Virus record (IMG/VR): IMGVR_UViG_3300020440_000013
DNA: 64,000 bases
Strand: one strand, 5' to 3'
Source of the DNA: an uncultured virus (IMG/VR IMGVR_UViG_3300020440_000013)
Lineage: Duplodnaviria > Heunggongvirae > Uroviricota > Caudoviricetes
The notes under the pieces are model-generated. The model worked only from the letters and a program-made list of their open reading frames with translations, had not been told where the DNA came from and did no database searches. Position numbers and translations under genes: made by a program. Positions 1 through 11,700 of the stretch are shown piece after piece; position 1 is the stretch's first letter, and the number at the start of each line of letters is the position of its first letter.

Positions 1-3000
1 GTAGCTAGAGGAATTACTACATCAGGCAGTACATACGACCGCAGTGTAGCAGCAATTGAAGCAAGTTTACCTACATTGGAAGTTAAAAGCAATTTAAATG
101 TAGATGGAGCAATTAATGCTACCGGCAATATTACAATGGACGGTAATATTACAATAGGTGATAATCAAGCTCAAGATACTGTAGATTTTAATGCAGAATT
201 TATTAGTAACATTGAACCAGATGTTACTTATACATACAACATAGGAAGTTATAACGATCGTTGGTTACGTCTTGATACTAATCTTGTAAACGGACAAAAA
301 GTAATTGCCGGTAATTATATTGCTGGCGGCGTTGACATAGCACAACGACAAGGAAATATTTTTTATGTTAGTGTTAACGGTACAAACACCAATAGTGGAG
401 AACATCCACAATCACCTTTTAAAACAATTAAACATGCTTTAGACGCTGTTGATGCTAGTTCAGCAGGCCCTGTAACTATTCACGTTTATCCAGGAGACTA
501 CGAAGAACAACTGCCGTTAACAGTGCCATCTAATGTTACAATACAAGGACATGATTTAAGAAATACTGTAATTAGACCAGATACTAGCAGCCAAAGCGAA
601 GACGTATTTTTACTTAACGGTGAAACAACAATTAAGCAACTTACAATTAAAGACTTTTATTACGACAGTGGAAATAATAAAGGACATGCATTTAGATTTG
701 CAAATAATGCTGTAATTACAACACGTAGTCCTTACATACAAGATGTAACTGTAATTACACAAGGTACAACTACAAGTGCAAGTGATCCAAGAGGTTTTGC
801 AAGTGGAGATGCAGGTAAAGGCGCTTTAATAGATGGTGCAGTAGTACCAGCTTCGAGCAACGAAGCAAGTATGTTATTCCATGCTGCAACTTTCATTACA
901 CCAGGCGTTGATGCTATTACAATGACCAATGGTGTAAGAGTAGAATGGCTTAATAGTTTTACATATTTTGCCAACAGAGGATTATATGCAGTACGAGGTT
1001 CAACAGGACATCAAAGTCCCGACGGGAGTACAATAAATTACGGAGCAGAAATACGTTCAATTGGATCTGCAAATGTATACGGAAACAAAGGTGCTGTAGC
1101 AGATGGTGCCGGCACACTAATGTATCTTATTAATCACAACTTTGCATACATAGGCGTTGGTAAGTTTGTTGACAATGATCCAAGTAGATCTATACAAGCA
1201 AACGAAGTTGAAGAATTAAATTCAGGTAAAGTTTATTTTAGTTCAACAGACCATTTAGGTAATTTTAGGGTAGGAGATAGCTTTCTAGTTGACCAAGAAT
1301 CAGGAGAAACTACACTTAACTTATCTGAAGCAGAAATAGACTCTTTTGGTGGCTTAAATATTACAACTAGTGGTGCATTAACAGTTGTAAACGGAAACCT
1401 TGTAGAAACAGGAAATATTAGATTACAAGGTAATCAAATTTTATCTACAGCAAACGATATTAACATTGTTGCAAGTGGTTCTAATAATATTAATTTTTTA
1501 ACAAGTTTAAACATTACTAATAATTTAGATATTACAGGTAATTTGACAGGTGCTGGTAATTTAAAATTAGGCGATGAAAGTGTAGATACTGTAACATTTA
1601 ATGATCCTTTTGATCAAAATATAAAACCTGCTGTGTCAGGAACCTTTGATTTAGGAAGTCCTACACTACGCTGGAAAAATGCATTCTTATCACAAGCAGA
1701 AATTAGCGATATAAAAATATTTGATAACGTTATACAGACTAATGTTTCTAATGCAGACTTAGAACTTCGTGCAAATGGTACTGGTAAAATATTAGTACCA
1801 AACAATAATGTAACTTTTAGTAATAACTTAACTGTCAACGGCACAACTAATTTACAAGGTCTGTCAACTACAGGAAATATTGTACATTCAGGCAATTTAC
1901 AATTAACAGGGAACTTTGATGTTACAGGTAACTTATCTGCAACACAAAATTTAACAGTAAACAGTGATGTTTCCTTTCAAGAATTTAATATAACAGGGAA
2001 CTTAATAGAAACTACACTTTCAGATGCAGATTTAGATTTACGTGCAAATGGCACAGGAGACGTAGTTTTTAATGACTCAGCAACATTTAATGCATTAACT
2101 ATTACACAACATTCCGACCTTATTGATGTTGACGTAACTTCTAGCGTACAAGCTACAGACTTTACAACAGATCAAATATTAGTTAGAGAAAACTTTATAG
2201 AAACAAGATTTAGTAATGCTGATTTAGATTTACGTGCTACTGGCAACATTGTTATTCAAGAAAATACTACAGCAGAACAAAATCTAACAGTAAACGGCAC
2301 AACAACATTAAAAAATACAGGAATTACAGGTACACTAACGCATGTAGGAAACACAACACAAACAGGTAATAGAAATATTACAGGTAACACTACAATAACA
2401 AAAAATTTAGATGTTACTGGGTCAGCACAACTTGAAGAAATATTAATTGATGACAATTATATAACTACAACTACGTCAAATGCAGATTTAGAATTACGTG
2501 CTAGTGGAAGTGGTAATATTATTGTTCCTAGTAATGATGTAGTAATCAGTAAAGATTTAGCTGTAGACGATTTAGTATTACAAAGTCAACTTACAGTAAA
2601 CAATCTAACTGGAAATAATTTAAGTATTAATACATTTAATATTACAGGAGATTTTCAATTTGAAAATATTAATATCTCTGATAACGTAATTCAAACAACA
2701 CTTTCAAATAGTGACTTAGAGCTACAGGCAAACGGCTCAGGAAATTTAAACTTTCAAGAAAATGTTGTTGTAAATAATAACTTATCTGCTGATAATTTAA
2801 CAGGCGTACAAAACATCAATATTACTAGCGGTGTAACATTTGATCAATTTACTGGTAGCTCTAACATAAACTTTTTTGACAATGTAATACAAACCACAGT
2901 ATCAAACAGTAACTTAGAACTTAGAACATCTGGCGCTGGTACTGTTAAATTAGACGATTTTGATTTTACAAGCAGTGTAATTGCAAATAATGGTTCAAAT

Positions 3001-3684
3001 AATATTCAATTTACGCCTGGTTCAAATAACTTAAATATATCTGCAACAGGGTCATTGAAACTACCAGCAGGTGCTACAGCATCAGGGTCACAAGGACAAA
3101 TTAGATATAACACTACTACAAATTCTTTTGAAGGATTTGACCCTAATAATATACACTTTGGCGGAGTGTTTAGTTCAAACCGTTTAACCAATTTAGTAGC
3201 AGATACAAATAATAATATTATTGGTACAGTTAATAACTCTGTTAAACTTACTATAAATGCACAAGGCGTAGAAACTACACAATTACAAACTGAGGATATT
3301 AATATCAACAGTACAACAATAAGGACTAATGTTTCTAATAGTGATTTAGTTCTTAACCCTAGCGGAGTAGGTATTGTAAAAATGGGTAATATCAATATTA
3401 GTGATAATACTATTGATAACACTACTAGCGGCGCCGCATTATTACAAACTACAGGTACAGGTTATGTAAAATATGATGGACAAAAAGGCTTTGTACTTCC
3501 AAGAGGAACTACAGCTAATCGTCCAGCAAGTCCTGCTGCAGGAGAAACAAGATTTAATACTGACACTACATCAGTTGAAATTTATACTGGCTCAGATTGG
3601 GTTATTGCTACAGGTACAGGAGCAGTACAAACTAGGGTAGGAAATGAAAATCTTGCATTCGCTTTGAGTCTAGCACTAGGGTAA
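1..3684 (+). CDS. Giant tail fibre/virion structural protein (5'-truncated), beta-helix-like domain plus SNADLELRANGTG repeats
   Basis: Frame is open from base 1, so the true start lies upstream. Many 'I.T..SNADL.L.A.G.G' repeats; two C-terminal 'LP.G...(RP)...G..R(F/Y)NT' modules; paralog of 3827..8059. Confidence 0.7.
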   Translation, partial: VARGITTSGSTYDRSVAAIEASLPTLEVKSNLNVDGAINATGNITMDGNITIGDNQAQDTVDFNAEFISNIEPDVTYTYNIGSYNDRWLRLDTNLVNGQKVIAGNYIAGGVDIAQRQGNIFYVSVNGTNTNSGEHPQSPFKTIKHALDAVDASSAGPVTIHVYPGDYEEQLPLTVPSNVTIQGHDLRNTVIRPDTSSQSEDVFLLNGETTIKQLTIKDFYYDSGNNKGHAFRFANNAVITTRSPYIQDVTVITQGTTTSASDPRGFASGDAGKGALIDGAVVPASSNEASMLFHAATFITPGVDAITMTNGVRVEWLNSFTYFANRGLYAVRGSTGHQSPDGSTINYGAEIRSIGSANVYGNKGAVADGAGTLMYLINHNFAYIGVGKFVDNDPSRSIQANEVEELNSGKVYFSSTDHLGNFRVGDSFLVDQESGETTLNLSEAEIDSFGGLNITTSGALTVVNGNLVETGNIRLQGNQILSTANDINIVASGSNNINFLTSLNITNNLDITGNLTGAGNLKLGDESVDTVTFNDPFDQNIKPAVSGTFDLGSPTLRWKNAFLSQAEISDIKIFDNVIQTNVSNADLELRANGTGKILVPNNNVTFSNNLTVNGTTNLQGLSTTGNIVHSGNLQLTGNFDVTGNLSATQNLTVNSDVSFQEFNITGNLIETTLSDADLDLRANGTGDVVFNDSATFNALTITQHSDLIDVDVTSSVQATDFTTDQILVRENFIETRFSNADLDLRATGNIVIQENTTAEQNLTVNGTTTLKNTGITGTLTHVGNTTQTGNRNITGNTTITKNLDVTGSAQLEEILIDDNYITTTTSNADLELRASGSGNIIVPSNDVVISKDLAVDDLVLQSQLTVNNLTGNNLSINTFNITGDFQFENINISDNVIQTTLSNSDLELQANGSGNLNFQENVVVNNNLSADNLTGVQNINITSGVTFDQFTGSSNINFFDNVIQTTVSNSNLELRTSGAGTVKLDDFDFTSSVIANNGSNNIQFTPGSNNLNISATGSLKLPAGATASGSQGQIRYNTTTNSFEGFDPNNIHFGGVFSSNRLTNLVADTNNNIIGTVNNSVKLTINAQGVETTQLQTEDININSTTIRTNVSNSDLVLNPSGVGIVKMGNINISDNTIDNTTSGAALLQTTGTGYVKYDGQKGFVLPRGTTANRPASPAAGETRFNTDTTSVEIYTGSDWVIATGTGAVQTRVGNENLAFALSLALG

Positions 3685-3706
3685 TCAGCACTTAATTTTT
3701 TAATAA

Positions 3707-3714
3707 GATAAATA
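3707..3714 (+). promoter_or_regulatory. Late promoter GATAAATA (variant of T4 TATAAATA)
   Basis: Same octamer recurs upstream of many structural genes. Confidence 0.7.
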
Positions 3715-3721
3715 TATGTAA

Positions 3722-3810
3722 TGCAAAGTAAGACCATACTTGCAGGGTCAAACTGTGGTTAGCCGGCAAAGAGCGAAAGCTGAAAATTAGGCTAGAGGGA
3801 CAGGATCCCC
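3722..3810 (+). ncRNA. Candidate structured 5' leader RNA / cis-regulatory element
   Basis: GC-rich island in AT-rich DNA with nested complementary segments and an AGC-GAAA-GCT GNRA hairpin, between promoter and SD. Confidence 0.45.
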
Positions 3811-3826
3811 GTGTTAAGGAGAAGAG

Positions 3827-6800
3827 ATGGCAGTTGGTCGTATATCTGGTCCGCTCTTAAAGCCAAATCTCATTAGAAATGGGATTGATTTAGCTTTTGA
3901 GACGGATTTATTGTATCTTGATGTAAACAATCAAAGGATTGGTATCAAATCGAGTACTCCTCAACACGAGTTAGATGTTACAGGAACGGTTCGTTCAACT
4001 AACTTAGAGATCACAAACACTGCAAACATTGCAGACCTTACTATCCAAAACAGCACAATATCAACTAATTCAAGTTATTTAAATCTTGGAACACTTGATA
4101 CTGTAGTATATCAAAATAAATTAAGAGTTGATAGCCTTGATATTGTAGGCAACGTAATATCTTCTAATAATTCAAATGCAAATATAGAATTAAACCCTAA
4201 CGGCACCGGTACTGTTGAAGTACTTGCAAATATGAATGTTACTGGCAATATACATGCTACAGGTAATATTAGTGCAGACGGTAATATTACAATAGGTGAT
4301 GCTAACACTGATAATATTACAATTAATGCTGATGTAGCAAGTAACTTAATACCTGATGTTGATAACACATATACACTAGGTACCAGTACAAAAAGATGGC
4401 AAGATGTTTGGGTAAACAATTTAAATGCCACTACAATAAATTCTAATAGTGTTGCTATCGACGGCATTGATTTAATATTGCGCCAAGGAAATTTATACTA
4501 CGTAGCAGAAAACGGTTCAGATACAAATTCAGGAGATCATCCACAAGACCCTTATGCATCAATTACAAAAGCATTATCTGTTGCAACTGCCGGTGACACA
4601 GTACACGTATTCCCAGGCGAATATCAAGAAATATTTCCAATGACAATTCCAGTAGGTGTTACAATCAAAGGACACAGTATAAGAAGTGTTAATATATCAC
4701 CTACATCAGGAACTAATACAAATGATGCATTTTTATTAAACGGTGAAACAACAGTTAGTGATTTAACAATCAAAGATTTTTACAATGGTTATGCATTTAA
4801 ATTTGCATCTAATGCTTCGGTTACAAGTAGAAGTCCATACCTTAAAAATATAACAGTAATTACAAAAGGTAGCGTAACAACAGCAGAAGATCCTAGAGGA
4901 TTTAACCAAGGAGACGCTGGTAAAGGTGTACTAGCTGACGGGAAAGACGTTGCAAGTGGTAGTAACGAAGCAAGTATGTTATTTCATAGTTGTACATTTA
5001 TAACACCAGGTGTAGATGCAGCAACTTTTACTAACGGAGTAAGAATTGAATGGCTAAACTGTTTTTCATACTTTGCTAATAAAGGAATTTCGGCATATGA
5101 CGGTACTTCAAGTGACGGAAAATACGGTGACGGAAAAACACGTATTAGATTAAGTGGTATATCAGGCACCTTTACCGCAGGAAATACAGTAACATTTACA
5201 AGTACAGATAATTCAACAATAGTAGCTGTAACAGTTGAAAGTGTAGACAATGACATACTTGTTGTTGACGGTAAAAATACAAATTTAATAGGATTCGACA
5301 CTACGCCTGCAAGTATATCAAATGGTGCAGGAGCAACAGCAACAACTATTGAGAATGTAGATGTAAAAGACTTTGGTGCAGAAGTAAGAATGATAGGTAG
5401 TGCTAGTGTTTACGGTAACTTTGGCTTACACGGTGACGGTCCTGGAGTTATTGTTTATGCTGTAGGGCAGAATTTAGCTTATATAGGTAACGGAAAAGAA
5501 GTTACTAACGATCCGGGAACAGTAATACAAGCAAATGAAGTTGTAGAACTTAACGGTGCTAAAATAAGATACAACTCAGTTGATCACAAAGGTGATTTTA
5601 GAGTAGGCGATCTTTTTACAGTTGACCAAGATACAGGTACAGTAAATTTTGTTGCAAGTGCATTAAATGTTGATCTTACTAACGGTGCAACATTTACAAC
5701 AGGAAGCAATACTACATTTATAAATGGTGCTAGGATTGATACCGGTAATTTAAGAATAAGTGGAAACACAATAGAAAGCACAAGCGGAAATATTAACTTT
5801 AATAGTGCTACTAATTCAATTAACTTAAATGATAATGTAAACGTTACTGGTAATATGGATGTTACTGGTAATATTACACTAGGCGGAAACATACAAATTG
5901 GTGACGAAGTTACTGATAGTATTACAATTACAGCTGGTATTAATAGTAATTTAGTACCAAGAACAACAGATACACATACATTAGGAACAAGTTCCTTAGA
6001 ATGGAAAAATTTATACATTAATGAACTTGATGTAGACGATATACAAATTAATACAAACTTTATTTCTACTACATCATCTAATGCAGACTTAGAACTTCGT
6101 GCTAACGGCACAGGTAAAATATTAGTACCAGGAAATAATGTTCAAGTTACAAACGACCTTACAGTTAATGGAACTACAAATTTATCAAATTTAAATATTA
6201 CAGGAAACTTTGGATTAGTAGGTAACTTTACAGAAACAGGTGATGTTAGTGTAACAGGCGATGTAACAGTAAGCCAAGACTTAACCATAGGCGCCACTGC
6301 ACAATTTGAAGAAATAAAAATAGAAGGTAATGTTATTACAACTACTTCTAGTAATGCTGATTTAGAATTACAAGCAAATAGCGGCGGCAGAGTAATTATT
6401 CCGTCAAATGATGTTATAGTAAGTCAGGACTTAAATGTAACAGGTGCAGTAGCAGCAAATACAATTACTGCTCAAGGTAACATTGATGCTGATACTTTTA
6501 CAACCGGCGATATACAAATTGACGATAATTTTATTACTACAACATTAAGCAATTCTAATTTAGAACTTCGTGCAAATGGTACTGGAAAAGTAATAATACC
6601 AAGTAATGATATTGTTGCTTCACAAAATTTAACAGTAAATGGTACAACAACATTAAAAGGCACAGGAATCACAGGAACAATTACACACGTAGGAAACACA
6701 ACACAAACAGGTAATAGCAATATTACAGGTGACGTTACAATAAGTCAAGATTTAGATGTAACAGGTTCTGCACAATTTGAAGAAATATTAATTGATGACA

Positions 6801-8059
6801 ATTATATAACTACAACTACAACAAACGCAGATTTAGAATTACGTGCAAATGGTACTGGTAATATTATTGTTCCTAGTAATGATGTTACATTTAGTAAAGA
6901 CTTAACTGTTAGCGGAACAACTACTGCAAACTCCTTAAACGTAAACGGAAACATTACAGCTACTTCAGCAACACTTGACACCTTTATTGTTCAAGGAGAT
7001 GTACAATTAGAAGATATTAGTATTGATGGTAATGTAATTACTACAACGTTAACTAACAGTGATTTAGATTTACGTGCTAACGGTTCGGGTGTTGTTAGAA
7101 TACCTAGTAATGATGTAACAATCACAAATGATTTACAAATTGGCGGTAACTTAACTGTAAACAGTATTAATAGTGCTGGTACACTTACTGCAAATAATTT
7201 TAGCACAGGCGATATTTTAATTGATGATAACTTTATTACTACAACTTTAAGTAATTCAAATTTAGAACTACGTACAAGTGGTACAGGTAGTGTTATTATT
7301 GACGACTTACAACTTAGCAATAGTAATATTACCACAAGCACTAGTGATATTACTATAACTCCAGGAAGCGGTGATGTAATTGTTAACGGAACTGGTGCAG
7401 TTAAATTGCCAGTTGGTAATACTGCACAACGATCTACAGCAGTAACAGGACAAATTAGATTTAACAGTGAACTTTCAAGATTTGAAGGCTACGACGGCGC
7501 AAACTGGATTAAATTAAACGGACTACAAGATATAGACGGGGATACCAGAGCAACAGCAGAGCTTACAACAGGAGCAAATGATAACAAAATTAGATTTTAT
7601 ATCCAAGATAACGTAGTTGCAGACATAAATGCAAACGGGTTAAATACAAGTAGAGTAACCGTAGATGACATCGAAATAGATGGAAATAAGATAAGTACAC
7701 TTACTACAAACACTGATTTGATTTTACAAGCAAACGGTACTGGTAACGTAAGGTTAGATAATTTTGGGTTTAACAGTAATATAATATCAAATACAGTTGC
7801 TGATAGTGTAACTACTTTTCAAAACTCTGGAAATGGTTACTTTAAAATAGACGGTACAGGCGGCTTTGTTATACCAAGAGGTACAAGTGTACAAAGGCCA
7901 ACTGCCGTTGAAGTAGGAATGATAAGATATAATGAGGATGATGTAAGAGTTGAAGTTTATAACGGAACACAATGGACAAGTGTTGCAGGTGCTGCAGCAG
8001 GTATTACTATTACAGAATCACAAGACATTGCATTAGAATTAATATTGAGCTTAGGATAA
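3827..8059 (+). CDS. Giant tail fibre/virion structural protein, paralog of upstream gene
   Basis: 1410 aa; SD AAGGAG; same beta-helix-like region (RSPY...ITVIT...FITPGVDA) and SNADLELRANG repeats; ends ALELILSLG. Confidence 0.7.
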   Translation: MAVGRISGPLLKPNLIRNGIDLAFETDLLYLDVNNQRIGIKSSTPQHELDVTGTVRSTNLEITNTANIADLTIQNSTISTNSSYLNLGTLDTVVYQNKLRVDSLDIVGNVISSNNSNANIELNPNGTGTVEVLANMNVTGNIHATGNISADGNITIGDANTDNITINADVASNLIPDVDNTYTLGTSTKRWQDVWVNNLNATTINSNSVAIDGIDLILRQGNLYYVAENGSDTNSGDHPQDPYASITKALSVATAGDTVHVFPGEYQEIFPMTIPVGVTIKGHSIRSVNISPTSGTNTNDAFLLNGETTVSDLTIKDFYNGYAFKFASNASVTSRSPYLKNITVITKGSVTTAEDPRGFNQGDAGKGVLADGKDVASGSNEASMLFHSCTFITPGVDAATFTNGVRIEWLNCFSYFANKGISAYDGTSSDGKYGDGKTRIRLSGISGTFTAGNTVTFTSTDNSTIVAVTVESVDNDILVVDGKNTNLIGFDTTPASISNGAGATATTIENVDVKDFGAEVRMIGSASVYGNFGLHGDGPGVIVYAVGQNLAYIGNGKEVTNDPGTVIQANEVVELNGAKIRYNSVDHKGDFRVGDLFTVDQDTGTVNFVASALNVDLTNGATFTTGSNTTFINGARIDTGNLRISGNTIESTSGNINFNSATNSINLNDNVNVTGNMDVTGNITLGGNIQIGDEVTDSITITAGINSNLVPRTTDTHTLGTSSLEWKNLYINELDVDDIQINTNFISTTSSNADLELRANGTGKILVPGNNVQVTNDLTVNGTTNLSNLNITGNFGLVGNFTETGDVSVTGDVTVSQDLTIGATAQFEEIKIEGNVITTTSSNADLELQANSGGRVIIPSNDVIVSQDLNVTGAVAANTITAQGNIDADTFTTGDIQIDDNFITTTLSNSNLELRANGTGKVIIPSNDIVASQNLTVNGTTTLKGTGITGTITHVGNTTQTGNSNITGDVTISQDLDVTGSAQFEEILIDDNYITTTTTNADLELRANGTGNIIVPSNDVTFSKDLTVSGTTTANSLNVNGNITATSATLDTFIVQGDVQLEDISIDGNVITTTLTNSDLDLRANGSGVVRIPSNDVTITNDLQIGGNLTVNSINSAGTLTANNFSTGDILIDDNFITTTLSNSNLELRTSGTGSVIIDDLQLSNSNITTSTSDITITPGSGDVIVNGTGAVKLPVGNTAQRSTAVTGQIRFNSELSRFEGYDGANWIKLNGLQDIDGDTRATAELTTGANDNKIRFYIQDNVVADINANGLNTSRVTVDDIEIDGNKISTLTTNTDLILQANGTGNVRLDNFGFNSNIISNTVADSVTTFQNSGNGYFKIDGTGGFVIPRGTSVQRPTAVEVGMIRYNEDDVRVEVYNGTQWTSVAGAAAGITITESQDIALELILSLG

Positions 8060-8062
8060 AAT

Positions 8063-8392
8063 ATGGCAACTTTTTTTAGAAATAGAGTAATAAAAAACGT
8101 AGGTAAAGTACCAATTGAAGTTGTGACTATTGGTGGTGCTAATCGAGCTACAGCCATTGGACTAAGTCTTACAAACTTAACATCAGAATTTTTATATGTA
8201 AATGTTTTTATAAAAGATGACACAAGTGTTTCAGGATACTATTTAAAAGATGCAGTGTTACCTGCAAATACAAGTTTAAGAGCAATCAATGGTGGAGAAA
8301 AATTAGTTCTACCAGAAAATAACGCACTATATGTATCGTCGAGTGTTGATGATAGCGTAGACGTTATTTTAAGTTACGTGGAGATTACATAA
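8063..8392 (+). CDS. Small fibre-associated protein
   Basis: 109 aa beta-rich protein directly after a fibre gene; resembles 21880..22200. Confidence 0.55.
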   Translation: MATFFRNRVIKNVGKVPIEVVTIGGANRATAIGLSLTNLTSEFLYVNVFIKDDTSVSGYYLKDAVLPANTSLRAINGGEKLVLPENNALYVSSSVDDSVDVILSYVEIT

Positions 8393-8772
8393 TGACTCAA
8401 TATATAGGAACTAGTCCACAAGCAGTATTTGACGGATTTATTAAGAGATACTTTTATGGAATTAGACGTAACGACGACGGTGAATTGTTTTTAATTAAGA
8501 TTGATCAATTCCAAGGCGGCACAGATCAAATTGCTATAATAAATGATATTGGAGATTTAGAAGATAACTTTGAAGATTTTGAAGAAGGTATTGATTATTT
8601 GTCAGGTGTAGACGAAACACATGACGTTGTTAATAAAAATTTAAAATATCCCCAATATAGATGGGACGGACGATCATTAATTTATTATATTGACCCTATT
8701 GACGGTCAATTTATACAAAAAATTAATCAACTACATGAATACGAAACTAATATTTCGTCAGAAGGATACTAA
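8392..8772 (+). CDS. Hypothetical protein
   Basis: 126 aa, translationally coupled (TAATG). Confidence 0.6.
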   Translation: MTQYIGTSPQAVFDGFIKRYFYGIRRNDDGELFLIKIDQFQGGTDQIAIINDIGDLEDNFEDFEEGIDYLSGVDETHDVVNKNLKYPQYRWDGRSLIYYIDPIDGQFIQKINQLHEYETNISSEGY

Positions 8773-8775
8773 CAG

Positions 8776-11700
8776 ATGTCAGAATTTAATTTAAATAGAT
8801 TTAGGTATAATTGGAAAGGCGATTGGGTTACTGGTACTGCTTACAATAGAGATGATATTGTAAAAGTAGGTGGTAAAACATATGTATGTTTAGTTACACA
8901 TACTGCTAACGCTTCTTTCAACGTTGACTTAACAGCTACACTACCCGGCAGTAATCCTTCTGTTCCTCAACCAAAATGGGTTGTAATGACGGAAAGTACA
9001 ACTTATAAAGGAGCCTGGCAATCAGCAACTGAATATTTTCCAGCAGATATTGTTTTAAAAGATGGTGTACTTTGGAAGTGTACAACTTATATAGGTAGTT
9101 CTTCTAACTGGGCAATTGACGAATCTAGTTGGGAAATATATGCAGGACATATTGATTTTAAGGGAGACTGGACAAACACAACCGATTATGGCCAAGGCGC
9201 ACTAGTTAGGTATAACGGAATTGTATACAAATGTGTAACTTCACATGTAAGTCAAACTACACTAGAAGACGACTTATCAAAATGGGCAATATTCTATGAA
9301 GGAAGACATTTTGCAGGAACATGGGCAATATCAACTAATTATAGAAAAAATGATTTTGTACTTTATGGAGGTTCAATATGGAAATGTACGCAAACACACA
9401 CTAGCGGTATAGTTTCTATTGATACAACAAAATTTACAATAGCATTTCATGGATTTGAAAATGAAGGCTACTGGACTAATGAAAAACAATATCAAACAGG
9501 CGACATTGTACGCTACGGCGGATATACGTATATTGCTGTTAATGTAAACAAAGATAGTAATCCAGATGCAGCGTCAGGAACTAGTTTAGATAGCACGTTA
9601 GATTGGCAAGTTCTTTCATATGGTTATAACTTTAAAGGTGACTATAAATCAGACAGACCTTACAGAGCAGGAGACGTTGTATTAAGAGGAGGTGATTTAT
9701 ACCTTGCACTAATTCCTATTGATAGAGAAGCTCAAGATGATAGTAGTATAGATTACTTAGATACAGCAATATGGGAAAAATTAATACCAGGACAACAATG
9801 GTCAAAACAAGACGGACATGTTTTCTTTGATGTAGAAGTAAGAAGAAATGCTGCCAACACTGCAAATGTATATTTTATAGACGGATCAGAACGTCCACAA
9901 CTTAGTTTACAAAAAGGTGTAACATATACTTTTGATCAAAGTACAGACTCAAATGAAAATTATGGCGGCGGCACTAGCCATCCATTGTCTTTCTCATCTG
10001 ATGATCCTGACGGAGATTCGGGTAGTGGATCGGCATATACTTACATGGTACATTATTATCTTAATAATAATAAGGTAGTAAAATCTGATTATATAAGTGG
10101 TTTTGCAACAGCATGGCGAAGAAAAATAGAAATCATGGTAAACAAAAACACAAGTACAACTTTATTTTACTATTGTACTAGTCATATTGGAATGGGTAAT
10201 TCATGTGATGTGTCGTCTGATATACAAGCAGAATCAGGAAGTTGGATCCAAGCAAACAAATATCATGTTGGAGACGTAGTTTATTTTTATGGTGATGCAT
10301 ACAGTTGTAACTTTGAACATACATCTAATACTGATAATTTCCCGGGTGATAACGGAAGTGGTTATTTTTATTGGGATATATTAATACAAGGCGGTATTGA
10401 TGCCGGCCTAAATACTAAAGGCGATTTACTTACATACGGTACTCCAACTACTAGTTCACTTAAAGGTGACGGCAGTTCACAAGGACTTGCAAGTGTGCCT
10501 ATTGGAGTTTCTGAACAATTACTTTCAGTAAACAACAATGACGAAGTATTTTGGAGAGAATATTTAGATTCAGCATTTAATGTTCATGTTACACAAAACG
10601 GTGTTGACGAAATAGGCAGAGGCCTAACAGCAGATAAACCTTTTAAAACTGTAGGATACGCATTAGAATTTGTACAAGAAAATTTTACAGCTAATACACC
10701 TGTTAAAGTAAAAATTGCAACTGGTAGATATACAGAAGCAGGACCAATGGTTATTCCAGCAGGATGTGTTGTGATGGGAGATGAGCTAAGAGCCACAACT
10801 ATTGAAGCACAACCAGCAATCAAAGAAATGTTAAATGACTTACCAATTACACAAGGATATTTAGATAGACTTACAAGCATAGTATTTGATCTGATTAATA
10901 ACAATTTAATTAGTGCAAGTAACGGACACACCGAAGCACAAGTAAGAAACTTACCAGCTGCTGGTGTAGGAATTTCTACAATAATTGCAAACCTTATTAC
11001 AGATATTAAAAATTATCAAGATCAAGCATTAGGTAGCGGCGTTGATTCTCCAACTGTTACAGGTACTAATACACTTACAGTTGACCAAGGTAGGTTAAAT
11101 GCAGTTGCTATTTTAAGAGCAAACGTAAAATATCTTAAAAAAGAATTAACTAGTTTTGTTGATGCAAATAATTCAACTTACTCGTATACTGCTTCTAGAA
11201 TGGAAAGCGATATTGAATTCTTTATCAAAGGTTTTATCTATGATTTACAATATCCTGGAAATTACAAAACAGTGCTTATGGCTAGAAGATATTGTAATAG
11301 GCACAGCGGCTCTACACTAGATGATATGTTTTGGGTTAGAGACGTTACAGGTATTAGAAATTGTACACTTGAAGGGTTGAGTGGAGGACTTAATCCTCCT
11401 GGAGTTTTTGACTTATATAGAAAACCAACCGGCGGAGCGTTTGTTGCACTTGATCCAGGTTGGGGTCCAGCAGATGATAAAACATGGATTAAAACACGTT
11501 CACCATACTTACAAGGTGTTACTAATATAGGTACAGGTTGTGTTGGTAAAAAGATTGACGGTGCATTACATAACGGTGGTAATAAATCTATGGTATCAAA
11601 CGACTTTACGCAGGTATTAAGTGACGGAGTTGGTGCTTGGGTATTAAATAATGCTAGAGCAGAACTTGTGTCAGTATTTACATACTATTGTACGGTTGGA

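Noticed and set aside
3722..3810. Assignment of the leader to a known riboswitch (c-di-GMP-I), tRNA or hammerhead
   Set aside because: Only superficial GCAAA/GAAA similarity; the consensus cores could not be matched by eye, so it is left unassigned.
1700..7760. CRISPR-like periodic repeats
   Set aside because: They are degenerate in-frame protein repeats with irregular spacing; no cas genes.
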